From Oculina patagonica (lineage: Eukaryota), in contig NC_135758.1 in NCBI RefSeq assembly GCF_052425735.1, positions 11,656,001 through 11,720,000 of the forward strand: a stretch of DNA of 64,000 nt, read 5' to 3'. The notes under the pieces are model-generated. The model had not been told where the DNA came from and ran no database searches. It saw only the letters and a program-made list of their open reading frames with translations. Numbering within the stretch: position 1 is the stretch's first letter; each line of letters starts with the position of its first letter. The position numbers and the translations under genes were made by a program. This document shows positions 36,905-50,077 of the stretch, piece by piece.

Positions 36905-38075
36905 TTTTCTGAAATTTGAAAAAAAAAAATCAACAACAACTGCAAATAAACAATGGCAAGTGAAACTGTTCTGTGGTAAAAAAAAAAGAAGAAAAAAATC
37001 TGTTTTTTTTTTTTTAATCAAAAATTCTGCAGAAAGCCTTAAAAGGAGCAACTTGAGAGGAATTATACCGCGAAAAATTGTCATTTTATTTAAAGAAGAT
37101 CTTAGCCTTTCTTTAAGTTCATATTAAAATTAAAATTTCCCATTAATTAATTAATTTGGGGTATAAAATTGTGTCTGAATGCTTTTTGCATTGGCGGGCG
37201 AAGAAGTTCTTGCCACTAAAAACTTCAAGGGTTATGGAGAAGGAAACACTTTTAAACATGATGTGTTTAGAAATTGTTTGCAATGTGAAACACATGATAA
37301 CTGCCGGCATTCAGTTGAGATTCCAATTTACTCATATCGTAAAAAAATAGTTTACCACTACACAATGTGCGAAGACGCAAATGAATCCACTCAGATCAAA
37401 ACAACATGGCAAACACACAATTCGTCACTTTCATCACATCCACGCGGCTTTCAGAAGAATTTTTGCTTCAACTGACAAACTTGTACGTTGGTTTACAATG
37501 AAATTTTGTTCTAAATTTAAGAAATTTTAAAGACGCCGTAAAGATGCCAGTCTTCTAGAAATATCCCCTCTTTATTTCTATAGGGCTCGAATGATAAAAT
37601 GAAGTACAAAAACGACATTCCAAGTATCTTGTTAAGTTTTTCCCTTAGGCGATTTAGAAAAATATATTCTGTGGTGCAGCCTCTTTATATAACGAAACAA
37701 AAAGGAACGGGTTTCAGAGAAGAACTTTTCTCATATTATTCAGTTGACGTTGGTGTAGGGCAAAACCAAGCGGCCGCCACTTTATCGCCGAGCTGTTTAA
37801 GTTGTAAAATAGAGCTACAAAAATGTCTTACCGTTTTAGTGATTTCTCGTTGAGCTCTTTTCCTGTGAAGTCAAAGCCAAAAGCTTGTGTTGCAGTTTAG
37901 GTCTCTGTCGAGAACTGAACGCCGTGCGTGGCTTTGTGTCCTTTAAGAAGTCTTAATTTGGCAATGATAAAACCAACAATGTAATGTGAAATTGACGACT
38001 AAAAATTGGAAACGTGCTGTTTACTGTTCAAACTTCACTTGCCCAGACTGGACGGCGCCAGTAGAGCTTGAAAAC

Positions 38076-39990
38076 AGCGCATGCCTGATTGAATTTATCT
38101 AGGGTGGGCTTCTCAATGTTTACTAAATGAAAAAAATATCGTCCAGCTTAAAAAGTATATATCTCTTGTTCATTATACAAATTCTAAAAACGTTAGACCG
38201 GCCACAAAGAGTGTGAACACCAGCAAGCTTTCCCACATTTGTATTTTCAAGTTTATGGCTAATGTTGTGCTTGAAAATTTCGTTCAAAGTTCACAATTTT
38301 AAACAAAAGACGACAAAGACTACGAGGTGGGGGTGACAAAGCAGATTTGTCAGTTGGTGTCTAGGAAATCTTCCCTAAACTTAAAAAATTTGCTATATGA
38401 AAACAAAGTTTCGAGACGACGAAACGTGACCGTTTAAGCCAGTTAGTCATTAAAGGAGACACCTTCTGTCAAATTTTACCAGACGTTTCGTGAAAACATT
38501 TTCTCTAAAGGACACGCAAAGCTATCCTGAAAATTTGCTCAAAGGACGCCCAAAAAATTTTAACACTACAGGTCACGAAATAATTTGGTATAATTATTGG
38601 GTACCTAAACGAACTATTTTTCAAATAGCAAGAAATTTCTCATTTAAAAATATCGAAGTTTTGGAAACTGACTAGAAGCTGGATATTTAAAATAGCCACT
38701 TTTAGAACACTGCAGGAAATTGTTTCTATCAAAGTAAGAGTTGGTGAGATTTCTGATGAATTGTTTCTATCAAATATGCATATATTTCCCAGCAATGAAT
38801 TTGAAAATATCATTCTAATAAGCAAAAAGTGGCCTTATTGATCTTCAGATGTTTTGTTTGTGAAAATTCAGTTCCAAGACGATAAAACACACCCGCTTAA
38901 GCTATAAGTCAATATTTTTCGAGAAAAGACACGCTATAAAAGCCACGCAAACTTGTGCCGAAAATTGTTTACACTACATTGAGGTCACGTAACGATAAGA
39001 CATCCTTACTTATAGCGCATGCCTGGTTGAATATATCTAGGGTGGGCTTCGCAATATTTACTTAATGAAAAAATATCGTCCATTAAAAAAAGTAATTTTT
39101 TTTGCTCGTTGTAAAACTTCTAGCAAATGTTACACGAGCCACAAAGAGTATGAACACCAGCAAGCAGTTCCTACATTTGTATTTTTAACTTTATGGCTAA
39201 TGTTGTGCGCGAAAATTTCGTTCAAAGTTCACAATTTTAAACAAAAGACGACAAAGACTACGAAGCAGGGGATACAAAGCAGATTTGTCAGTTGGTATCT
39301 AGGGAATCATCCCTAAACTTTAAAAATTTGCTTTATGAAAACGAAGTTTCGAGACGACGAAACGTGACTGTTTTAAAAGGTTAGTCATTAAGGAAAACAC
39401 TTTATGTCAAATTTTCCCAGACGTTTGGGAAAACGTTTGTTAAAGGACACGCAAAGCTATCGTGAAATGTTGTTCAAATGACGCTCGTAACATTTTACTA
39501 TTACTGGTCGCGAAACAATATAAGATCACTATTTCTAAACGAACTATTTTGCAAATAGCAAGAAATTGCTTATTTGAAATATCGAATTTTTGGAAACCGG
39601 CTAGAAACTGAATATTTGAAATAACCGCTTTTTGAACACTCGAGAAAACACTTTCTGTAAAAGACAAGCATACTTGGACCGAATTGTTACTCATGTGGCG
39701 CGCACAGGTCACGTAACAATAAGGGATCACTATTGATTAACTAAAATATCCACTTTTCAGGTAGTAAGAAATTGATTATTTCAATTACTTCTTTTTGAAA
39801 ACCGGCAAGTGATTGCTTATAGCAGTAACAACTTTTTGAACACTGACGAAAAGTGTTTGAATGAAGTAAGTTTTGGTGAAATTTCTGGTAAATGATTATA
39901 TCAAATAAGCATATATTGTCTCGCAATGAAATGTGAAAATAGGTACCATTTACGTATTAATTTAAAAGAAGCCTGCTTGATCTTCAGAAT
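38076..39990. repeat. Diverged tandem duplication, ~940-bp unit
   Basis: AGCGCATGCCTG(A/G)TTGAAT(T/A)TATCTAGGGTGGGCTT starts at 38076 and 39014; shared blocks such as GAAAATTTCGTTCAAAGTTCACAATTTTAAACAAAAGACGACAAAGACTACGA and AAGTTTCGAGACGACGAAACGTGAC. Confidence 0.85.
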
Positions 39991-40951
39991 TTTAAACGCA
40001 GCGATTAACCTACTCCTTGATTTTATGGTAGAATACTTAAATAAAAAGAAACAGATTTAATGTTGTATCAACTACAAACAGAAGCCAATTAAGTGTCAGT
40101 CCGGCTTAAAGCGGTCCTCTTGACTTCGTGCCAAAAAACGTTTCCTTTTATTGTTTTGCCCGTGAAAAGGCTTTGGTCCATACATACAAAAAGACAATAA
40201 ATTATTTTCTAGTTCTTATCTTCGCTTTGCTACAGGCCAAAATTGAATTTTGGCCGACCAGGGGCCGCCGACGGTAGTCGAAGGGCTAAATTTCGACCAT
40301 TTTGTGAAGCGTGCTATGTCCACAAAAATGCACTTGACGGAATATCCTTTGGCACAAACTCGACGACACCTTTATTTAGTTCACTGACGAAACGAGGAAA
40401 ATTTTCCGAAAATTCTAAGCATGCCAGCGCTTCTGAAAGACACCATACTCTGAGGTCTTTATTCACACGTTAAAATGTAGGTAAATACAAGAGAATAAAA
40501 CTCAAAAGTTTCAACATATATTGGAGTAAAAAAGCACATCAATGCAATCTTCCTACCTCAATGAACCGTTTTCTACTTTCAAACCGGTGGGTATCTCCTT
40601 GGATTGCACGCGAGAACAAATTAAAATCTGCCATAATCAGTGTGTTTACATAATTGTCGCTCGTGCCGAAGCTGATTTGCATAACATTGCACTCGATGAG
40701 AAAACTCCCTCAACCGTCCAAACTCGATTAAATACCTTTAGAATATAAGGAAATTGCTTCTTTTGATATTCCTATACCATACAGATCCAGCGCTGAGAAA
40801 GAAATTGTGTTGAAGATGACCAGAATACTCGCGGTGTGCGAGACTCCACAAAGTAAATATTGACGGTTTCACTGGTCGCACTTGTCCCAATATTGTAAGT
40901 TCAATTCGCTCTCGTAGTATCTTTAGGGGAAGAAGAAGAGTCGTAGTTCAG

Positions 40952-42787
40952 ATCACCTTGTTAATCGTCTAGAAATTAAGACGTCTGTTAAAATCCTTGG
41001 AATTCATTTCACGTACGATTTATGCGCCAAACGAAAGTTAAATTGTGACGATCTGATTAAATCGATCAAAGAAAAGTTAAGAATCTGGAGGTGGAGGGAC
41101 CTTACAGTTATTGATAGGATTCAAATTGTTAAAACTTTCATTATTCCAATTATCCTATATCGTGCAAGCATGATATGTCTAGACAAAGAATTCTTAAACA
41201 AGGCAAATAGCATTATATTCAATTTTATCTAGAAAGGAAAAGATAAAGTCAAACGTTTAGCGCTTGTTAGCGATGTCGAAGATGGCGGACTCAAAGCTCC
41301 TCATCTCGAATCCATTATTAGAACCCAAAGAATTCTTGTTTGCAAGAGACTTGCAAACGAACAGACCAGCAACTGGAAAACTATTTTATTGCATTACCTT
41401 AAACCTGTTGGTGGCATATTTATCCTCTGTTGCGACTTTGATGTGAAAACTTTGCCTATCAAGCTTCCACTCTTTTATGAAGAATGTCTAAAATACTTTT
41501 CAGAATGCTCTGTATCGAACAAAGCCGTACAGAACCTATCAGCTGCTGATATTTTAAAAACTGTCCTTTGGAATAATAAAGCTATTTGCATCAATGGCAA
41601 GTCTGTATACAATCACAAGCTAGCCAGCATCGGTATACGTAAAATAGGAGATTTAATAATCGCTGAAAATAATGAACTTATCACGAAACATAAGTTACGT
41701 GAATTAAATATCTCCCCATTAGATGCCTTTAGACTCACTTGTGTCATCGAAGCCATTCCAACCGAATGGCGAAAATGTCTAAAAACGTGTCAATATATTA
41801 CTGCGAAGCCATTCAACCTACAAGACCAGATGCAATTACATTTAAACGGACAAGATGTGCAGATCTGTAAAGCTGTATCAAAAATCATTTACCAGGAATT
41901 ACGTGATAGGATCATCACTCCACCTACAGCGCAATTCAAATATAATGATCTATTCGAAAACGATGTGTTGGACTGGAAGCAGATATATAGCTTACCGCAT
42001 CGAGTTGCCCTGGACACAAAACTGCGCGAATTTCAATATAAAATTTTAAACAGATGTCTCGCAACGAATGCTTTTCTTTGCAAAATCGGCATTTTGTCAT
42101 CTCCAGCTTGTTCTTTATGTGGAGAAGCGGACGAATCCCTCGAACACTTGTTTGTAACTTGCCATTATTCTGAAAATTTTTGGGGGGAGGTTATTAAATG
42201 GATTAGCAGCCTTGACATTCAAATAGTCTCTCTTTGTTGTAAAGATATAATATTTGGGATAACAGTCTCGAAAGAAGAATTGTTTGTAAATCACATTTTA
42301 TTAATCGCGAAAAAATATATTTATTCTTGCAGATGTGATAAGCTTAAACCTTCTTTTTTGGTGTTCCTTGCTAAAGTTAAGACTATCTACAAACTAGAAA
42401 TGATGGTAGCTAAATCTGGCAACAAATGGCCAACTCATTTAAAAAAGTGGGGCAAGTTTATAAAAGTGCATCAAACTGATTGTTAATTATTATCGCAGAG
42501 CGTTTTTTTTTTATTATTTTTTTTTTATACTTGCAATTCATCACTTGCAATTCAATATACTTTATATAATTCAATTATTTTTCACAGAGCTAGTATACCT
42601 GTAACTCCCAGGTGGTACAGTGTGTGTGTGTTTGCGTGAGTGTTTTTATTTATTTATTTATTTATTTATTTTTTGGATATTTGTGTGTTCGAATTGTAAT
42701 ATAAATATGTATGTTATCTTTTGTGTGCTGTAAAAAAACCTTTGAGTATGAAATAAATATCATTAAAATACAAAAAAAAAAGAAAAA
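40952..42787 (+). mobile_element. 5'-truncated L1/Tx1-clade LINE (ORF2 C-terminus, zf-RVT), flanked by a 104-bp TSD
   Basis: Reads VKILGIHF...WRWRDLTVIDRIQIVKTFIIP...FI*KGKDKVKR...DGGL...KLREFQYKILNRCLATN...CSLCGEADESLEHLFVTC...KKW; 3' UTR with AATAAA (~42752) and A-rich tail; direct repeats 40848-40951 and 42788-42891. Confidence 0.92.
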
Positions 42788-43066
42788 ACAAAGTAAATAT
42801 TGACGGTTTCACTGGTCGCACTTGTCCCAATATTGTAAGTTCAATTCGCTCTCGTAGTATCTTTAGGGGAAGAAGAAGAGTCGTAATTCAGCCATTTAAT
42901 AAATATAAAACGTGTTAAAACGACAAGTCCCGGGGATTGAATTCTGACAACACGAATCGATCATGCAAAGACAACTTATAACTTTACGTCCAAAAACATC
43001 ACTTACAGGTTGGACCAGGTTGCTTACTGAGGAGGCGTAGTCGCCAGATACAATCAACAAGCTTCA

Positions 43067-43250
43067 TTAGTAGAAACTCAGCTGTGTTCTATTGGAAATC
43101 CGCGAATCTGATTGGTTCTCCCACTGTTTTCTATTCGCCGATAGAAAACAGTCGCGCGCGCGCGTAGCTCTCTAAGCGGTAAATTTTCTTGATTTTTGTC
43201 TTCAAAGTGCACAGTATTGTAGGTTTTGGACTGCAATCATTTGCAGTTTC

Positions 43251-43286
<36 letters not shown>

Positions 43287-43287
43287 T

Positions 43288-43323
<36 letters not shown>

Positions 43324-43324
43324 T

Positions 43325-43362
<38 letters not shown>
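43067..43362 (+). mobile_element. Small hairpin-ended element, Crypton-like non-autonomous
   Basis: Absent from the opposite fold-back arm (empty site AAGCTTCA|ATAGAACTG) with no TSD. 3' stem ACAATTAGACTAC.CGCCC...GGGCTCGTAGTCTAATTGT. Confidence 0.65.
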
Positions 43363-45397
43363 ATAGAACTGTTTTATGTGACAAAAAGGCATTAATTTCA
43401 ATTCATACTTGATGTTTTTCATTCCACAAATGTTCATTTGGAGCCACAATGCAAGTTATGTGCTTCGAGATCCGTTAAACAGAAACTTTTGTAGTGCGGT
43501 TGCGTCACAGTAATTTGCAATGTCACGCAAATTGTAACGTATTCTTATTAGCTGTGTGATGTGAGGTAAGTTGTTTTTTGAGAAAAGAATAAAAGAACAG
43601 AGTAATTTACCTCTGTGGTCGGGCATTTGGGAGTAAATCGCTAAATGACAGAACAGAAAATAAAACAAATGAAAAGTGTTCCGAAAAAGAGACAGAGTGT
43701 GCTAAACTGTTTTCAATAGTGAAAGGAACTGAAAAATGCGACCCGAAGTTGCATTTGTAAGTATTCAGTTTGATATCGGCACTTTATCTCAGCTGTGAGA
43801 AAAATTGTATGACCTACCAAATATTTTTTCCAACTAGATTGGACTGCAGAGGCAAATGAAAAAGAAACTGATTTATTTCTACGAGAAACCCATAATGGTT
43901 ATTCAACTCTTTTGTACTTGGAGGTGGTTTTATTAGTAGCGCTCCAGCAGGGATCATATAATGGAACCATGCCGTCATTGTATTTTTATTACTTTACTTA
44001 TGTATTCTTCAGAAAATATGGGGAATTTTTACTATACGAGAAAAGGGCTGGGTAACCCCTCCCTCCCCCCCCCCCCCAAAAAAAAAAAGTCTACCATCAC
44101 CATGTTTCTGAGCACTAAGACACACTTGCGAGGGATGAACTAGTTGATTTTTATCTTCATCTCTCGAGCAGGTAAACTTTAGTGGCCAAAACATGATGTT
44201 TTAGTTTTAAAACGTGAATTGGAAGGGGACTCATCGTATTCCAAGCCAAGCACAATGACATTCCTTCCCCCTCCGTGGGGGGGGGGGGGGGAGCATTCCC
44301 CTACTCAAGTTTCCCAAAAATTCTTTTACAGTGTCCGGTGTGTCTGTAATTACTTGTGACAATACATAACTAGGCAGTTCAGACGATCCTGCTTCATGGT
44401 GCTTTTTGAGGGAATTCTTTGAAGTCCGAAGGCGGAAGTCGTCGATGCCACAGGCTCTGTAAAATACAATCTTCGCAGATTGCAGACCTCTCCTTGTATT
44501 GTAGCGTTTTCGGGAAAAGGAGTTTCGTTTGAGGTCATACACCGCCAAGCGTGTATTTTATGATGTGCCAGCGAGAAGGGGGGGGGGGGGGGAGGGAAGG
44601 AGGGGGTGGGGGGCTGAGCCTTCCCAAGTTTTTGTTTGGGGGACTTCAGTCAGGCATCCTGTCCCCCACCTCCGCCGCCTATGTAAATTAAAAAAGTAAA
44701 CGTTGTAACGGTATTCTGACACGTTATCGAAATTTAATGTCGCAATGCTAAAGGCCACGTGCGCTCACTTTGAACTTCCACACAAAAGGACTTGAAAGAG
44801 TGCAGCAGTTATAAAGAGCTGACGAAACTGCTGAGAGCTGTTCGAGAGATGAAGATAATAATCAACTAGTTCCCTTTCAAGTATGTCCTGGTGCTCAGAA
44901 TATGTGCTTTAAAAAAATACAATGATTCTGAAGCGCTACAGACAACACCACCTCCAAGTAGAAACAGAGACTCAAAAGAGTTGAACTGACCATTATTTTC
45001 TCGTAGAAATAAATCAGTTTCTTTTTCATTTGCCTCAGTCCGATTAGTTGGAAAAAATATTTGCAGTCATACAATTTCTCACAGATGATAAAGTGCCGAT
45101 CAAAGAAACTTACAAATGCTACTTCGGGTCGCATTTTTCAGTTCCTTTCACTATTGAAAAAAGTTTAGCACACTCTGTCTCTTTTTCGGAACACTTTTCA
45201 TTTGTGTTATTTTCTGTTCTGTATTGGATTTCTCCCAATGCCCGACCACAGAGTATTGTTCTTTTATTCTTTTCCCAAAAAGCAACTCACCTCACACCAC
45301 ACAGCTAATAAGAATACGTTACATTTCGTGACATTGCAAATTACTGTGACGCAACCGCACTACAAAATTTTCTGTTTAACGGATCTCGAAGCACATA

Positions 45398-45679
45398 ATG
45401 CACCTATCAATGTTAAGCCCGAGGGGTGGGGGGGGGGGGGGGGCGGGCTAACCACGGGAATTTGATCGTGAGGTAGGTCCCCAGGGTAGGGATTTTGATC
45501 GTACTTGATGGCCCCAGGGTAGGGATTTTGGTCGTATATGAAGGTTTGAAGGACATCTGACCACCTTTCATGGGGATTTTGACCAATTATTTTGTCCCGG
45601 GGGTGGGGAATTTGACATTTGTTTATAGAAAATGTCAAAATCCCCACCCCTTGCCTGACCCCCCCCCCTGATAGGGCCA
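45398..45679. mobile_element. MITE inserted at TA in the right fold-back arm
   Basis: Begins TA|ATGCACCTATCAATGTTAAGCCC; internal CCCCAGGGTAGGGATTTTG repeats; absent from the left arm (GCAAGTTATGTGCTTCGAG). Confidence 0.75.
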
Positions 45680-48600
45680 TAACTTGCATTGTGGCTCCAA
45701 ATGAACGTTTGTGGAATGAAACACATCAAGTATGAATTGAAATTAATAACTTTTTGTCACCTAAAACAGTTCTATTGAAGCTTGTTGATTGTATCTGGCG
45801 ACTACGCTTCCTCAGTAAGCAACCTGGTCCAACCTGTAAGTGATGTTTTTGGACGTAAAGTTATAAGTTGTCTTTGCATGATCGATTCGTGTTGTCAGAA
45901 TTCAATTTGTCGTTTTAACACGTTTTATATTTATTAAATGGCTGAATTTCGATTCTTCTTCTTCCCCTAGAGACACTACGGGAGCGAATTGAACTTACAT
46001 TATTGGGACAAGTGCGACCAGTGAAACCGTCAATATTTACCTTGTGGAGTCTCGCACACCGCGAGTATTCTGGTCATCTTCAACACAATTCAAAAGTAGA
46101 ATCCTTAAAGAAGAGTAAAACTCAAAAGATAAGAGTTTAACTATTAGAGAAGTGTGTTTGCACTGATATTAAGTATCTCATCTTTCTTTTAGTGCATTTA
46201 TACTGCATTTAGTTGAAATCCTCTAAAAAAATATTTCCTCCCTAAACAAAATTCTAATACCCTGAAAAAAAGGGAAGATTACACTTTTTAGTGTAATAGA
46301 TACTGATTTCAGTGTTAAAGGAAATGTCCTTACACTGATTCTAAGTGTTAAAATATTCTTTAAGTGAACTTAAAAAAAAGTAATTTACTTATCCCTAAAG
46401 TAAGTTTTTTTCTCTTTTAATAATAAAGCTTTCACACCCTTAAACCTGGAAAGCACACTCTTTTAAGAGTGCATATTACAAGATAGTGAACTGTGATTTT
46501 AAGTTAATTATATTTAGTTTTGCCATAACACAACCTTAACTGCAATAATAAAAAATCCGTACAACAACTTTTGTTTTCTAATTAACATAACAAAGCAATG
46601 GTTTGGTGGGAATTGTATGTATGACTTTTGAATAAATTATATTACTTGTTAATCTTAATTCAAGTAACTCAACATCATAACAACAATATATGGCCTTGCC
46701 ATACAACAGGTTACTAGTCTTTGAGGTCAGAAATGTCATATTTTAACTTGATGTAATTATTGCCATTAAAAGAATAGAGAGGCAATGGGGTATATGTAAC
46801 AAGCATATCTGGTGTCACTGACACAATCCCAGATGCTTGGGGCCGTACTTCATATGCTCTCAGTGACTCATTAAATCCAACTGTCTGCAGGAATATTACA
46901 TCAAACACGACAAGAGAAATGTTAAGTTCCAGTATACCACACAGTTTTCCAAACATTGGCATTTCTTCATCATCAAACTTCACAGCCAGATAACATTTAT
47001 CCACATGATACTTAGTGCCATGAAGAATAATCCATTTGAACGATTCAACATTGTTTATGCTGTCCTTTTCAATTGAGAGGGATGACGAGATCCTTTGTTT
47101 GGTTGCGGACAGATCATCTCCTTGAAGTTGCCGCACAGGTCCATACTCATTTTCCTTAAAGAGTGAACTACGACTGATGGCAGCTAGCTTCTGGTGATGG
47201 CGGCATAATGATAGACATAAGTTCTTAAAATTCATAACTTTCTTAAGCTGTTTGAAATACTTGTGTTTGGCCTCAAATCGCATAGCCCACAAATTAATAA
47301 GAGGGCCCAGAAGGAGAATAATTTTGGGAAAATGGACTAGGTAATGCTGTTTTGGGGTAAACGGTTGGTCTGGGAATAGCTCCTTAAAGAGTCTTAAGTA
47401 GTCTTTAACTGCTTCTTTAAGTCTTGCAATGGTTTCTAGGCTAATGACTGAAGCAAAAGAAATATCAGTTATTTCAGCCAATAAAGTGTACAACTCCCAG
47501 TGAACATCATTAAGGTTGACATTTTTCCCAACTACAAAAGGAAAAATTTGAAAGAGTAAATGTGCTTTGGCTGCATCTTGGTTAAGACATGAAGAACCAC
47601 GGAGATCTTGCTGCCTTATATTGTTAGGTTTGTCTTTCTCTTCCATGTAGCCATATAAGAAATTCTTGATTCCATTGTTAATTTCAACAAGAGTTGTCTG
47701 TTTAGTGCTTATAAAGTGTTTTATCAAAGCTTGCAAAGTAAGAGGGATGACTCCCTCCAACAAAACATGCATCACATCAGGTGGAGTTTGTTCAAATATA
47801 TCAAAATATGGAAATTCACACAGGATGCTTTTGCGATTTATGCCATAGGCAGTCTTATAATTGTCCTTTAAGGCCTGGGGTGCATTATTGATTACACTGC
47901 ATTGCTGAAGATGTTGTTCAAGTGTCAGTGGATCAAAATCTTCTTCATAAAATCCATTTTGCATGGCATCATAGTCTGCATGACAGAACCTGCACTTTCG
48001 AAATGCTCCTCCTACTGACTCCTTTAAACCAATGGCTTGATGTGCTGCAGGATTATCTGCCACATAGGCAACCAAAGCTGCATTGATGCCAATCAGGTTT
48101 CCACTCTTCAAATGAATGGGATGTCCTCCTGCTGTACTGAGCTTTTGCATATCCTCCAATAACGGTTGAAGAATTGTGTCAAATCCATATGTTGCCACAT
48201 CTGAAGTTGTCACCACTGCATACAAGTTGATTGCATTTAAAACACTCCGATATATTTTAGGTAAGTTACCTATTATGTAATAAAACATAAGTAGCTTGAA
48301 TTGTTTCACCCTTGTACCAATAGCATTACACAGTTCAATCTCGTCACTATAAAGGATAATTTCAAGTGTGCTGATACCACTGCTTGCAAACAAAGGGTGG
48401 CTCGACAGGACTGCACCATCCTGGATGTATTCAAATTTACCATGAGCATGCTTGCACTTTGCTTCCAACAATGTTTTTCTCAATGGCTCATTCGATAACA
48501 TAGCCTCTTAATGTTGGATGAGAGGAATAAAACAAAAGGAGTGTGTTTTAAACAATGGTCGCCTTCCTCTCCTTCGACCTTGTGATGAAAGTGTTGTTCC

Positions 48601-49346
48601 AAGTTTTTTTTGAACAGGCTCCTGAGGTAAATAAAATCATAAGAAAAGAATCAGTCTTCTTTTCAAACTAATTATTAATTTTAAATCACTTTAAAATAAA
48701 TGTGCTTAAATAGCATACAATATATTACAAAACTCTTCCTAATGTACAAGTCATGTCTGGGACAACCCGCCTTGAGGGCATCCACAAGTCATTTTCATTT
48801 TGATGCCGGACCAGACCAGCACAGAGCAGCCAAGTGACATAAACAAAGTGATCCAACTGTTCATTCTCACATACAAAATTATTTGAAAATGTACATACCA
48901 CAACATGGAAGTGTTTCTTGAAAAATTGATTCCGTAACCAGTCACTCCCACAACCTCGAAATAGATGATCATCAGTCATGTCAAAACAATCGCTTAAATC
49001 GCATTGTTCTGGGACAGTGTCTGCTAGTCGTCTTCTAACCTTTTCTTCAGCTATCCTAACACTGTCTTCGCAACGTTTTGTCATCCCTTGCATAATATTA
49101 CTAATTGCTCTTTGTGGTAGTTGGTACATCTCCCTCATACTAAAAAGAAAATAATATACTGTAAATTTCTTTATCTTCTTAAAAGTAGAGAAACTGTAAC
49201 GGGTAAAAATAGAACCAGTGAACTGAGAACATCTTCAGTTCTTTTAACCTTAAATCAAACAGAATGATTTCAGAAAATGCTGAACACCTAGTGACATCAA
49301 ACAATAGGGATAAAAATATGGACACGAATTTCCTTTTACCTAGTTG

Positions 49347-49531
49347 CAAAATAGTTCTTTGGCTTGTTTTAGTGTGCCACTATTTTTCTCTGTGAGAATC
49401 TTTTCTTTTGGTATTTGCCCACCCTTTTCCATTAAAAATATTACGGTGACTGGTCTGTCCCATTAATGGCTCATTAATGCTATCCCCCAGATCCAATACT
49501 CAACCAGCCCCTACCCCACCCCCACCCTGCC
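49347..49531 (-). repeat. Intronic block, inverted near-identical copy of 55399-55578
   Basis: CTTTGGCTTGTTTTAGTGTGCCACTATTTTTCT...CCCCACCCTGCC is the reverse complement of 55399-55578, differing by a few substitutions and two small indels. Confidence 0.9.
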
Positions 49532-50077
49532 CTCCCACGGAGGAAATGTCAAAATTTTTTAGGTATACCTTTCAAGGAACAAAATGGCGTGCTCCTGAGC
49601 TTCGTTCTGTAATTCTTCAATGGCATGCACTTCAGGCAGATCGTCCATTTCTTGATCTTCGTCTCCTGCATGTATTTGAGGCTAAATATCTTCTGCTTCT
49701 TCATTAATTGGCACAATAAAGTAGTTGCAATCTTGCGGTGGCCTTGCGTGGCCTTTGTAAATGTCGTCGTGTTTTCTCCTGATGTGCTTATAAAAGCTGT
49801 TTTATTTCATACATACTGAGATTTACAGTTAGAATTGATCTGTTGAAAACACGGTTCGGAAATTCTCGCAGCCAATGGCAACGGCGAAACGACTTTCTCA
49901 CACGTGAGAAACCCGTTTCGTCCAATCAGAAAGCGGCTGTCAAACGCATCAACATTTTCAATGAACGTGGAGCGAACGTGGTAGCTTTGTCGATGGCGCT
50001 AGCTTTTTCACTGCTTGAAAGTTTTTGGCCTTTCGCAGTACATTTGTGTACGGTTTAAAACGTTCTCATTAACAACT

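Larger units (their letters stand above)
40803..46090. repeat. Long fold-back inverted repeat (arms 40803-44171 and 44838-46090; ~670-bp spacer)
   Basis: AATTGTGTTGAAGATGACCAGAATACTCGCGG... at 40803 is the reverse complement of ...CCGCGAGTATTCTGGTCATCTTCAACACAATT ending 46090. Similarity continues inward to CTCTCGAGCAG / CTGTTCGAGAG once arm-specific insertions are removed. Confidence 0.9.

Noticed and set aside
40496-46128. TAAAACTCAAAAG at ~40496 and ~46116 as a TSD or CMC terminus
   Set aside because: AT-rich 13-mer not adjacent to the fold-back ends; chance match is plausible.
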